Part shown: positions 1 to 11,131 of the stretch, piece after piece
How positions within the stretch are numbered: position 1 is the stretch's first letter
Layout: each line of letters starts with the position of its first letter
Source of the DNA: Bispira polyomma
Lineage: Eukaryota
Length of the DNA stretch: 64,000 nt
Direction: 5' to 3'
Assembly (NCBI GenBank): GCA_965649765.1
Contig: OZ287756.1
Location: 43,648,001-43,712,000, forward strand
Position numbers and translations under genes: made by a program
The notes under the pieces: generated by a model
What the model saw: the letters and a program-made list of their open reading frames with translations, nothing else
What the model was told of the DNA's origin: nothing
Database searches by the model: none

Positions 1-1584
1 TGATGGGAGGAGGCTGTGGTCTTGGTTGTTGCTGTTGTGGCAGTTGTTGTTGATAGATCTAGTGTCCTTGCTGTGGTGGTTGAGGTTTATAAGCTGGAGA
101 TCCCATCTGGTAGGGCGGAAGGACTGTTATTGTGGCTGAAAAGCTGCTGCTGGAGCTATTTGAGCTGCTGTCCTTTCCTGGAGTGTGGTTACTAGGTTGA
201 ATGACTCCCTCTTGAACTGAAGGAAGGAACGTTCTGGCAGTTTCTCCGTCTCCTTGCTCAACCAGTTCATATAGGCTGCTCTAGCTCCCTCATCTTTGGG
301 TTTCTTCGCCTCCATCAGGATCCCTGTAATAGTCTGCTCCATCCTCCCAATGGAATCTGCTAACTCAATCCCGATCTTCCTCTTCTGTCTCCCCTGGATA
401 GGGGTAGAGGATCCAAAGGCTGAAGACTTTGGTGACGCCAAGTTGGACGACTCCATCTCACCCTGGTCTGTGTCGGAGTGGGATAACGCAACAGTAGAAT
501 CATGAGGGGCAGCCCCCTGAGAGGCTGACGTGATAGGCTTAAATCCAGCAGACTTGTTGAGCTGACGTTTAATATGCGGCTTGAGGAATGCAAAGTTGGT
601 CTTCACCCACTGCTGCCACTCGGTCAATTCTAGGGCAGCTTGCCAAAGATTGTCCTCTGGGATGTAAACCACTTCACCACAGCCTCCTCCTGCTCATCGG
701 TTAACAACACAGTCTTTATCTTCCCCTTCTTCTGTTTCCAACTGAAGTCCGCCACCTCACTGTCTGGGGTATCCCTATTATGCTGGGTATCCTGGGTGTC
801 CTGCTTTTCTGTGATATTCAGAGTAGGCCGGTTTAACTGTTGAAAAAATCTGGGGTGTCTTCTGACTTTTGTGTATCTAGAAAAATCTTCTCATCATCTG
901 TATCCCTCCCTTCAAAATCCCTCTCCTCCTCCTGTCTTGGCTGTATCATCCTTTTCTTTGTAACTCTCCTTTTTCCTGGCATAATTGCAATTTTTATTTA
1001 ACTAGTCTCACTAATTCTTTATAACAAAAAATAAAAGCCTCTTGTAATCATATATCATACAAATTGGACAGTGATGTTTTCTCTTTGAAAGCTGGGATGA
1101 ATCTGATGAAAAATGAATGTGCCATTTTCCTTTTATACAGTCCGCTCCTGCCCCCGATTGGTTCCCGAGTCATCGCTTTCACTTCTGAGTTATCTTTTGT
1201 TCCGCCTGACCTATCGTTAGTCTTCCCGAGCTATCTTTACAGTCGGGGCTTCCGCTTCTCCCGAGTTATCTTTTACAAATGACATTCCCGAGTTATCTTT
1301 ACACTTGGGGCATTTATAAAGACCTATCATTGTCATTTGACAGGATAACTCAGGAGAAGTAGACGATAACTCGTAATGCTCCTGACCAATCGTGAGGGAT
1401 TGGACGATTAATCCTTTTCAAAATGGCAATTTTTTCTCCGATAACATGATATTTTGCATGAGTGACCGCGAGTGTCCTGATTGACCACGACAAGTCGGGA
1501 CAACTCCTGGAGTGTCCCAATTGTTCTCCTGATTGGCTCCTGATTGTCCAATCTGAGCTAAGATCGTGATAGTGAGACAGCCAC
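1..1584 (-). mobile_element. PIF/Harbinger DNA transposon relic (terminus plus degraded MADF-type DNA-binding ORF)
   Basis: The minus strand reads TAA-GTGGCTGTCTCACTATCACGAT, a Harbinger-like end, followed by subterminal AAGATAACTCGGGA repeats. Broken ORF from ATG 982: ...LTDEQEEAVVKWF / LTEWQQWVKTNFAFLKPHIKRQ...ARAAYMNWLSKETEKL, with a Q/P-rich tail. It is homologous to 19458-19867, which lies beside a Harbinger transposase. Confidence 0.7.
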
Positions 1585-2552
1585 TTAGAGATTGGTTGTA
1601 AGCTTTTAAGCAGCATTTACACATATCTAATAAGTCCCATGTGTGTATTTAACACAGTGTCAATAAAGACTTTTAGCACAGCGTTTTATATTACCATATG
1701 TAGAGCTATAACCACACACGTAGGTCAAAGTCACGGTATTGTAAAACGTAAAAAAATGCATATTTAACGTGAAGGATTCCCTTAAAATCTCGTAGTGTTA
1801 TGGGTAAAAATGTTGCAAGTGATATTTATATTATATAGTAAGATATACCATGGCTACCTAATAAAACAAATAAAAATACAAATCTATCTAACCGGGATAT
1901 AACAACAGGTAGTTTAAAAAGACACTAACTTCACAGTTTTCAGCTACGTATCATGTAATTCAGGAGATAACTTGGTTGTGGACGTTATGGTTGTTGGGAA
2001 TTCCAAATTTGTATGTGGTTTTATCATTTTTTAATTATTTGCAGATTGATGAAAAACCTTATGCGAAAAGTCTCTTTAATGAGGGAAAGCTTGGATATCC
2101 TTTATGCCAATACATCAACTAGAGTGTGTACTTGAAATCGTATTTGCCAAAACTCCACCAGTGAGCTACCATTGAGCTAACATTGATATAATACAAGAGA
2201 GAAATGATATTAAATTCGAACTAAATTGTATTAACAAGTCACAATGTAAATAAATTTTAATGTAGTTTTAAAGGTTAAAGATGACATTAACTAGATGTAA
2301 AGATATCATTTCATATAACATATTGGGGAAATACACTATTAGCACAGTCTCGAAAACATTATTACTTGTAATGTCACAAGTTTCTGGAGGAATCAAACCC
2401 ATTTGTGAAAGTCAAGCATAGGGCTTAGGTTATGCCACAATGGAATCAAAATACATGAATGAAGAAATGAAAATTATCCACGATACCAACAACTGTATAA
2501 CATATCAATAAAGACTTTAAGGCCAAGATATAAAATCCTCTATGACACTATT

Positions 2553-2750
2553 AAAACCTAAAAAGGCACTCTGTAGAGTACATACTCCGACCAAGGTGCC
2601 TAAAAATAAAGTATGGTTGCCCTTGCTGCAGTGCCATCAATTAAAAAAAAATCCTAGTTCTGCCTTTCTTGCTGGATCCCTAATTTAACAGAAAGACAAA
2701 CAAACCAAAGGACACGGGTGAAAAGGTAACCTCTGTTGCAGAGTTAACAA
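2553..2750 (+). mobile_element. Non-autonomous Helentron/HINE-like element
   Basis: 5' AAAAGGCACTCTGTAGAGTACATACTCCGACCAAGG, an ACAA/GACA microsatellite-like tract, and a 3' palindrome TAACCTCTGTTGCAGAGTTAA. A related copy lies inverted at ~3470-3642, both are mirrored at ~27038-28127, and a 3' fragment lies at ~41110-41210. Confidence 0.6.
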
Positions 2751-4635
2751 TTAACATACTGCAGAACTTATTTAGGGTCAATACAGTTCAACATACACAG
2801 TGACCTTATACTTAGCTCAAAGTGGCGTTTCGCCTTTGGCTAAGGTGATCTTATGCCCACATCAAGCTTTAACTGTAAATATATGTATCAAGAGTAGATC
2901 CTAATATAGAATTAATAAAATTTTAACCTCGTACTTTGCCTATGTTTTCTATGAATATAATGGACAAAGTCACGATTTAGCATTATAAGGTTATACAGAA
3001 TAAGTTAATAGCTATTGAGTCTCTTTTTATTTTGATATAACTTCGCTTAAGAGTGAACGTATTTAGAATGTAAATCTTATCACAGACACAGAATTTCACA
3101 GAATGGTTGATTGCTGTTAATTGTAATCAATTAATAAGAAGTAGATGTGTAACTAGTGTATTGTTTCAAACCATTAACATTACATTGTAAAAATGAAGCA
3201 TACATGTATAAATATGAGGTAAATATCTTCGGGAATAATTATTCTGTTTAAAAATCGTGAATGTAATATGAAATACATTGCTATACACCTTTTGTATCAA
3301 TAGACAAAATATTTACAATAACACACCTATATTTATTTTTGATTTCAAGAATTTTTATATGACGTAATGGTGTTAAGGTATTTAGTAAAATTCTTACTAT
3401 ATATCATTAATATTATTACATATATACGATATTCACTCAAGCATGTTTTGTCACAGCTTTCTCAATGTGTTTAGAGACAAAGCTGTGGTTAGAGACTGGT
3501 CCAACATTTTTCAATTGTTTCTTGGCTTTTGTCATTAATTGATGGCACTGCAAGAAGGCCAGAACTACTATTTGTTTTCACTTGATGGCACTGGCACCTT
3601 GGTCAAAGTATGCACTCTACCGAGTGCCACTTTTTAGTTTTTATTATGTAATGGCATGCAATGTTCTGCGACCATAGGGACTGCCCACGAGGAAGCACAT
3701 TTGAAATGACCCTGTGTTGTATAAGTGTGCTATAACGAATGTCCTATTTCGTTTTCATTATTTTTAAATTTATTATTGTCAAATACTAAAACTAAAAACA
3801 AAAAGAGGAAAATGGAGGGAATACATATAGTTCTGTGGTCGTATTCTACAACATTCTCCAGCTAAACTCAGACTTCAATCTAAGGTGACCCTATCTATGG
3901 CCACAGTGAGAGTCAGAAAGACAACATCTTGGGTAGGACAACAGGAATAATTGTAGAGCATTTAACTAGAGACAGAAAAGATGGGACAAACTGTGCCTTT
4001 TGCTTCAAGATAAATAGAAAGTAGAAAGAATCAAGATGGCTGGTAACCAGATCAGTTGACAGTGGTAGCTCAAGTATAGGCAGCATCATACAGGTCTAAG
4101 TTCCCTCAGATTGACAAAGCAAGCATTGCAGGTTGCCTGAATATGGTTTAGCAAAGTGAAAATCAGAGTCAAATATTAAGAAACCAAGTTTTGTACAACA
4201 TCTGTAGTATAGCAGAAATTGCTGTGGGCTTACAATTTAAAAGTTGATGTCACTGCTAGTATAGCATGGCAAGTCAGTAGCAAAAATTGAATACTTTACT
4301 GTAAAACCCTCCTTAAGAATTGTTTACCTAGCTATCCCAATCAGACTTTAGGTCCTTTAAACCAGGCAACCAATCACCTTCCTTCAGAGTAAACTCCTTG
4401 CCGCCCTTTTATCATAGAAAGCCATTATTAAGTTGCAAGTTAAGTAAGCAACACGTCTTTTTGTGAGCCCAGAAGCGGCCATATTGGATTTTGAACTTTT
4501 GTGGGAGGAAAACTTTGTTAAATTATATGTTCCCACTCGTTTTACATCTAGTTTTTACGTGTTTTTAGTGCATAACCATTATAGACATATTATAGTTTCA
4601 CTCGTGGTACTTTTACTCCTGGATTTAGTGTCAAA

Positions 4636-5973
4636 ATGGGGAGAGGTAAAAAAAGACAACCCGCCGTGAATGTAGCTATGTGCTCGAGATGTGACATTTC
4701 GCATACTCGCCCAGTCGGGACTAGATGCAACAGAGTCATTGTATCTTCTGAAGAAGAACCCTTACCAGACCGAGACTTGGGAGCAGAAAATAACCTTGAC
4801 AGCGACTCCATCAGTAACTGCTCTGATAAAGTAAGTTCCGAAAATTTTTACCGTGACATACATAGCAGGCAGCAAGCCATGATGCAAACATTACTTACTA
4901 CTGTGTCAAAGTTGCAAGAGGACGTTTCTGACCTTAAAGCTAAGCAATCCGAGACCCCGGTTCTTCAGTTACCCATGGTAGGGCCGTCAGTAACGACCCT
5001 GTCAGCTCGTCCTACAGTCACTCCTCGGCTTCACAACCCAGGAAACAACATGCAAATTCTTCAAGACCCACCTCACACGACACCAGTACACCCAGCATCA
5101 CTTAGTTTACCAGGCTATGAGGCACACAGGGATCTTTCATCGCTCACCTACACATCTCACCCTCTACCTCAGCCTCACGCTCAACCTCACATAGCAGGTC
5201 AGATGCAACCACAGAGAGTTACTAACACTGACATCACACAGCGAGCACTTTAGGACGCCATCTTACCGACACCAGATGTCCTTAAGCAGTCCTCCTTAAT
5301 ACAAAATGAAGTATCTCTCCGCTTAGCACGTTATGAGGCCTGGGCTGCGGACGAAGGCTTACAAGGTAAGCTTGCCACCAAGAAAAACTCTGGTCGTTAC
5401 AATGTCTCAGATGTGTGTGTCTCTGATCCGATGAAACGCTGGCCCAATGAGGCTTGTCTCTCAGGTATAAATAAAAAACGTGTTTCTTTCGACGACCTTA
5501 CCATCCCACAATTCGCTGCCGGACAAATTCAAAATATTTTAGAGGTCCAGAATCAGTCTATCTCGAGAGCAATGCTCACTCAGTTGGCAGATACTCTCAG
5601 AGACGCCTCAAACATATCCTGGCAGATAGCTCGTGGAGCTTACGCATGCAACATGCACGACATCGAGGAAGGTCGCCTCAGCTGGCTCAACGAAACGAAG
5701 TGGACCCTAAACAGGCTCTCGTACTCCCAAGCTCTCGTCTCCAACAACACGTCTACAAACACCACTCTCTCTGCGTCGACTAAACAAGAAATCCTGTGCA
5801 GGCACTTTCAGAAAGGCCAATGCCAACATCAGAAAGACCACGAGGGGAATAACGTTCTTTTTAAGCACATTTGTGCCAACTGTTTCCGGGTTAGTAAAAA
5901 ATCCAACCCTCATCCGGAGACAAAATGTTTTAAACTGCATGGGCGTCCAACCTCTACATCAAACACACAATAG
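4636..5973 (+). pseudogene. gag-like ORF1 of Ngaro copy 1 (445 codons, premature TAG at 5251)
   Basis: N-terminal CSRCDISHTRPVGTRC, a coiled-coil-like segment, and C-terminal CRHFQKGQC...H..HICANC...H..C zinc-finger motifs. Copy 3 has CAG at the stop position. Confidence 0.85.
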
Positions 5974-8603
5974 GACCACCAACTGCCTACAGCCACCACC
6001 ACCAGTTGTGACTTCAATGTACCTCATGTTTATTGTATGAGCCTGAAGAATGATGAGATTAATAGTACTTCTAAGCAAATTTATAAGGTAGACGATTATG
6101 AGAACCCTAATTTTATATCCAGTTTAAGCGTTAGTGTTGAGAACAGTAATATCGAACACTTCTCTGTAGACAGTAAGAGGTCACAGACTTCATCAGACTG
6201 TAATAATTCTATGATTTCAAGTGTTGACAACGATCAAGTTAAAGATGCTAATGCAAGTTTAACCGCCCACCCAGGCACTATAGACAATGTTATCACATAT
6301 AGAGCTGATAACAGTTTACATTGTGACTCTAAACTTTGTGATATATATCTCAGTAACAGTCAGCATGGCTGTAATACGTTAAACCTTTTGTTACCTAGTA
6401 TGTCGCCAAGATACATCTCTGTCGGGCGTTTATGTGTGCAACTTTGTACAAGATAGCTGGACATTCCAACTATCTCATTGGTCATTAGAACACATTTGGC
6501 CCATAACTTACTCTTGCTCTATGCACATCTCAGAGTTAGGCAGGAACTTCCCCCAAGTAAAGAAACTCACAAAACCGAGATTAGACAAACAACTCTCACA
6601 CACACGTACTAAATTAGGTAGCACTTTGTATTACAATGACATCATTGACAGCTTATGTAGACGTGATGAACAGACACTCACACAAGCAAAAACAACTACT
6701 GTAGAACTTGTAATGCCATCACACAACTTGCACACTCACAATCCTCATACTACTGTCACACACACACACTGTACAGATCATGAGGTCGTTATGACTCAGG
6801 CAGTTTCACAACAATGTTCACATGTACTTCCCAAGAACAACAACACACAGGGGGACACTTTAGCCAACACACACAAACCTTTTGGTTACACTCCACACAG
6901 ACATAACAACTTTACCTTTATGGGTCCTGTTAGACAAGAGGTCAACATTGACTCGTATGGCAAACTGGTAGAAGTTGCCAACATCATTAAAACCACTAAG
7001 GTCCCCAACTATAAATCAGCACGTATACCACTTAAGAGCAACCTCAACGTAGCTAAATGGAAAGCGTACTTGGTTGACTACCCAGACAAAATCATTTTAC
7101 AGTACGTAGAATTCGGATTCCCCATTTCCTTATACGACAGGGACCGACTACACGTCACAAATGTCAAAAATCATTACTCAGCCAAAGCTTTCCCTCAGGC
7201 AATAGACAAATATTTCATCACTGAGGTCGACAGAGGTACCATAATTGGCCCCATTAACGATAACTTACATCCAGATTTACACTGTTGTCCCTTATTGACA
7301 GTTCCCAAGGACGTTGACCAACGTAGGTTAGTCTTAGATTTATCTCACCCTACAGGCCAATCCGTGAATGATTGTACTGTAAAAACAAAGTATGACCACA
7401 TAGACTTCAACCTAAAACTTCCATCGATTGATCAAATAACTTCTCAAATCTTGACTATTGGACCTAAGGCCACCTTAGCAAAAGTGGACATTTCCCACGC
7501 ATTTTGAAATATCAGAATTGACCCCTATGATTGCCTTAAACTCGGATATTTTTGGAAAAATAATTATTATATAGATTTAACCTTGACTTTTGGCTTAACT
7601 CATGGCACAGCAGTCTTTAGGATGGCCTCAGATTGCGTGACTTATATTATGAAACTTAAAGGCTTCACAGTATACAACTACATCGATGACTTCATACTCG
7701 TAGAATCTGAAGATAGGGCTACCTTAGCTTACAATACTTTGCAAGAAATTCTCACAGATCTAGGCCTCCCCATAAACGCAAAAAAGCTAGTCCCCCCCAG
7801 TAAACGTGTCACTTGTATGGGCATTACCATTGATATCACCAACGAAACTCTTAGTATTGACGAGGATAAACTCATTTCCATATATGATACCTGTCTTGGG
7901 TTTAAATACCTAAATAAAGTACGTAAACAAAAATACCAGTCGTTACTAGGAAAACTCCTTTACATTCACCGGTGTATTAAACCCTCTCGTATATTCATGA
8001 ATCGGATGCTAACATTACTACGACAATCCACTAGCAGTAACACAGTCATCTTGAATGTGGATTTCCACCAAGACCTCGCTTGGTTTGTAACATTTTTTTT
8101 ACGGTACTACTACTTATAACTACATAAACAAGCCACACGACGCTCTATTACAAGTTGACGCTTGTTTATCTGGCATTGGAGGTATATGGAACAGAAACGT
8201 GTTTAAAACTCCCCTTCCTCTCTTCATGTCTCATACTTTATCAATCGTACATTTTGAAATGGTGAGCATTTTAATTGCTCTCAAACTATGGGGTCACAGA
8301 TGGAAAAACAAAAAAGTTAAGGTACAGTCAGATAACATGGCCGTGGTGGCTGTAGTGCAGTCATCAAAAACCAAAGACACTTACTTAGGACTATGTTTAA
8401 GGAATATTTGGCAAATTTGTGCAGCAGAAAACATTGACCTTGTCATTAGTCACATCCCAGGTAAGGAAAATATCATCGCTGACGCACTTTCGCGATGGTA
8501 TGAACTCGACACGGGGGGTGAACACATAAGGTCAACCATCACTCACAACTTCACCATGCATGACATTCCTCTTAACTTTTTTACATTAGATACTTATTTA
8601 TAA
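5974..8603 (+). pseudogene. pol (RT + RNase H) of Ngaro copy 1, disrupted
   Basis: RRLVLDLS, KVDISHAF, FGL, YIDD and RNase H motifs VDACLSGIGG, EM, SDN, HIPGKENIIADALSR. Lesions: +1 frameshift ~6388, TGA 7505, 8-bp deletion ~8102. Confidence 0.92.
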
Positions 8604-8609
8604 TTTCAG

Positions 8610-9590
8610 GCACTTCTGACTCAGCAAACTCACTGATCCAAGGTGCCCTCACAAGATTACGACAGAGCCACAGACCTAGAACTCAGAGACAATACAACAG
8701 CCAATTCAGACTCTTTTTAGCCTTCACTGTATATTATGATCTACATCATACCTTCAGTTTCAACACCATTTTGGCATTTCTAGAGTTCCTGACTCAAACA
8801 GGGAAATCCCACAAAGTGATTGCAAATTACATATCAGCTCTAAGGCACAATGCCAAACTATTGAATATACTACACACAGGTCTTTATGACCCCAGACTGA
8901 CCTTGTACACTAGGTCCTTAGAACTCACCTCTAAATACACCCCCAGAATAAAGGGAGTGTTTGACTTACTATAACTTGCAAAAATTTCACAAGCTTGTGA
9001 TTTCACTTCATTTCCCTGAGCTATACAGGACAGCTTTTCTTTTCGCCTTCTTTGGGTTCCTCAGAATTTCCAATCTTACTACTACTTCCGGTTCACTTTT
9101 TGACCCTACAAGACACCTCACAAGGGCAGACATAGTATTCGCCCCACCAGGTATTCACCTTATCCTTAAATGGAGTAAAACTAACTAAAGTAGGACAAAT
9201 CCAGACAACATTCAACTACCTTCCTTATCAAACCCCTGGCTATGTCCTGTCAGAGCTGCCACAGCCTTACTTAAGAAATACCCTTTACACTCCATGGCCC
9301 CATTACTGGCCAACCCATGTGATAGAGGAAACTGCTTATCAGACACCAAGCTTAGGCTTACACTCAAGAGCATCCTCACTCACCTTGACATTCCACACAT
9401 AGGTCATACATTTCACTGCTTCCGGCGCTCTGGAGCCTCTCTAGCCTTTAATTCTAATGTTAAACTTCAAGATATACAAAAACATGGGTGCTGGAAATCC
9501 GATGCTGTCTGGTCATATTTACAATCCACTTCTCATGCAGCCTCTATCATCCCCTCCACTTTTTCCTCCATTGTCTCCTCTACTTTCTAA
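8610..9590 (+). pseudogene. Tyrosine recombinase of Ngaro copy 1, disrupted
   Basis: Catalytic set FFGFLRISN (R), WSKTN (K), HCFRR (H-x-x-R), HGCW, VWSYL (Y). Stops at 8972 and 9186, +1 frameshift ~9004. Confidence 0.92.
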
Positions 9591-10039
9591 TTTGGCTTTG
9601 GCATTTTTAAAATTTTAACTAAAATTTTAATTGTATAGTTGTACATAGAGGCAGTAGATAGAAATAAATACATCCCAAACAGCATCTAGTTTCCAAACCT
9701 CACAAAAAACTTATCAAACTTCTTACAGGTCTCTCTCTCTGGCACTAAATCAAATTATATTATGAACCATTTTTGACTACTGTTGATGTCACTGCTAGTA
9801 TAGCATGGCAAGTCAGTAGCAAAAATTGAATACTTTACTGTAAAACCCTCCTTAAGAATTGTTTACCTAGCTATCCCAATCAGACTTTAGGTCATTTAAA
9901 CCAGGCAACCAATCACCTTCCTTCAGAGTAAACTCCTTGCCGCCCTTTTATCATAGAAAGGCATTATTAAGTTGCAAGTTAAGTAAGCAACATGTCTTTT
10001 TCCCAACCCTCCACCCAAAAATTATAATCTCACTTGCCC

Positions 10040-10215
10040 ACGTGATTCCACCTGGGTTTGAACCTCGGTCCGTGTGGTACTGGTTCTCAGCTCGCAACTA
10101 CCCCTCGGTGTGGGCTACCGGGGATTAAAGCTCTGCAGCTGGGAACCTTCACTGCTAGGCGATTAGGTGCCGCAGGACCGGGATTCTGACCTTGGAGGTT
10201 GAGTCTGGTCAGAGA
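10040..10215 (+). other. GC-rich multi-stem segment in the A2-B2 spacer (candidate structured RNA); second copy at ~54078-54252 (-)
   Basis: Nested complementary pairs CGGTCC/GGACCG, TGTGGTAC/GTGCCGCA, GGTTCTCAGCT/AGCTGGGAACC, CCCC-CGGT/ACCG-GGG, TCTGACC/GGTCAGA, plus a T-arm-like GGGTT(C/T)GAACC. Confidence 0.5.
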
Positions 10216-11131
10216 TAGTGAGGAACTTAGGATTCATATACACACAAGCTCATATATACAATTTCATTCAGTTTTTATAACCAATTTTAACACTCTCAGT
10301 CATCCTGGGTATTCTTGTGTTCAACTTTTATGTTGTTCTTTCGGGACCTTTTTGTCCCTTTACATTTCGCATAACATACTCTTGTTTTGTAATCTATTAT
10401 GTAGCCATATTGGCATTTACATACTCTTGTTTTGTAATTTATTATATAGCCATATTGGCATTTTTAAAATTTTAACTAAAATTTTAATTGTATAGTTGTA
10501 CATAGAGGCAGTAGATAGAAATAAATACATCCCAAACAGCATCTAGTTTCCAAACCTCACAAAAAACTTATCAAACTTCTTACAGGTCTCTCTCTCTGGC
10601 ACTAAATCAAATTATATTATCAACCATTTTTGACTACTGAGACATATAAATCTTTGTTGCATGTTCATGCTTCTAAGCAGATTGATAATTGTTACTCAAA
10701 TAATCAAATGGCTGATATTAAGGTGTGCCTTGATCTACCACTCTTTCTACAGGATGGAAAACAAGGCACAATGCTGCCACTGGAGTTATAGTATGAATAT
10801 TATACATATTCCTTGGGAGATATTCAATCAGTTATTCAGGGTTCACACAATCTGACCTTAGGAATATTGTACTATATGGTACTGTACTATATGGTGTAAT
10901 GCTTTTGTAGATAAGGTAAAACTTAAAATATACACCACAAATGCTGATGTTTAATGAAAGCAATGTTAGGGTCATCCAGTTCAGCATAATTTTATGTCTT
11001 TTTTAATGTTGGTTTTTAACTAAGCCGCATATATATAACACTTTGCATGGGCACATTCTTCAGTTAAAAATAAGATAAACAAAAACAGCTTAAGATTTAA
11101 AAATGATTAATGTAATAAATATATTTTTCAG

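Larger units (their letters stand above)
1..9830. repeat. Left arm of a ~9.8-kb inverted duplication (partner 20854-30679)
   Basis: ORFs mirror exactly (127..672 vs 30008..30553; 4636..5253 vs 25427..26044; coordinate sum 30680). The sum rises to 30684 at the inner end, matching 4 net indel bases (~6388, ~7628, ~9004). Confidence 0.97.
4243..10639 (+). mobile_element. Ngaro-type tyrosine-recombinase retrotransposon, copy 1 (full length, multiply mutated)
   Basis: Split direct repeats A1 4243-4462, B1 9598-9781, A2 9782-10001, B2 10455-10639. Encodes gag, RT/RNase H (YIDD) and YR. No methyltransferase domain after RNase H and no target-site duplication. Confidence 0.93.

Noticed and set aside
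4830-4836. Alternative gag donor AAA|GTAAGT for the YR splice
   Set aside because: It is phase 0, so joining to 8610 would be out of frame.
5707-5940. Antisense ORFs over gag, pol and host exons (also 4590-4811, 11235-11435, 31002-31358)
   Set aside because: These are shadow frames. They recur only because the underlying sequence is duplicated.
8771-8974. ORF-track start of the recombinase (MAFLEFL)
   Set aside because: The codon is TTG. The frame extends 54 codons further upstream with recombinase-like N-terminal sequence.
10050-10070. tRNA gene (GGTTCGAACC motif; also 54222-54240)
   Set aside because: Only a T-arm/B-box-like motif is present. I could not find an acceptor stem, D arm or clear A box.
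10040-10215. Hammerhead, twister or HDV ribozyme
   Set aside because: No CUGANGA/GAAA core and no convincing match to the other folds by eye. Kept only as an unclassified structure.
4243-10639. Conventional LTR retrotransposon or prophage integrase locus
   Set aside because: Repeats are A...B-A...B, there is no DDE integrase, protease or TSD, and the YR is linked to DIRS-type RT/RNase H.
10753-10878. First coding exon of the hillarin-like gene (homologue ~62574-62700)
   Set aside because: The acceptor is plausible, but I found no reading frame and donor phase consistent in both paralogues.
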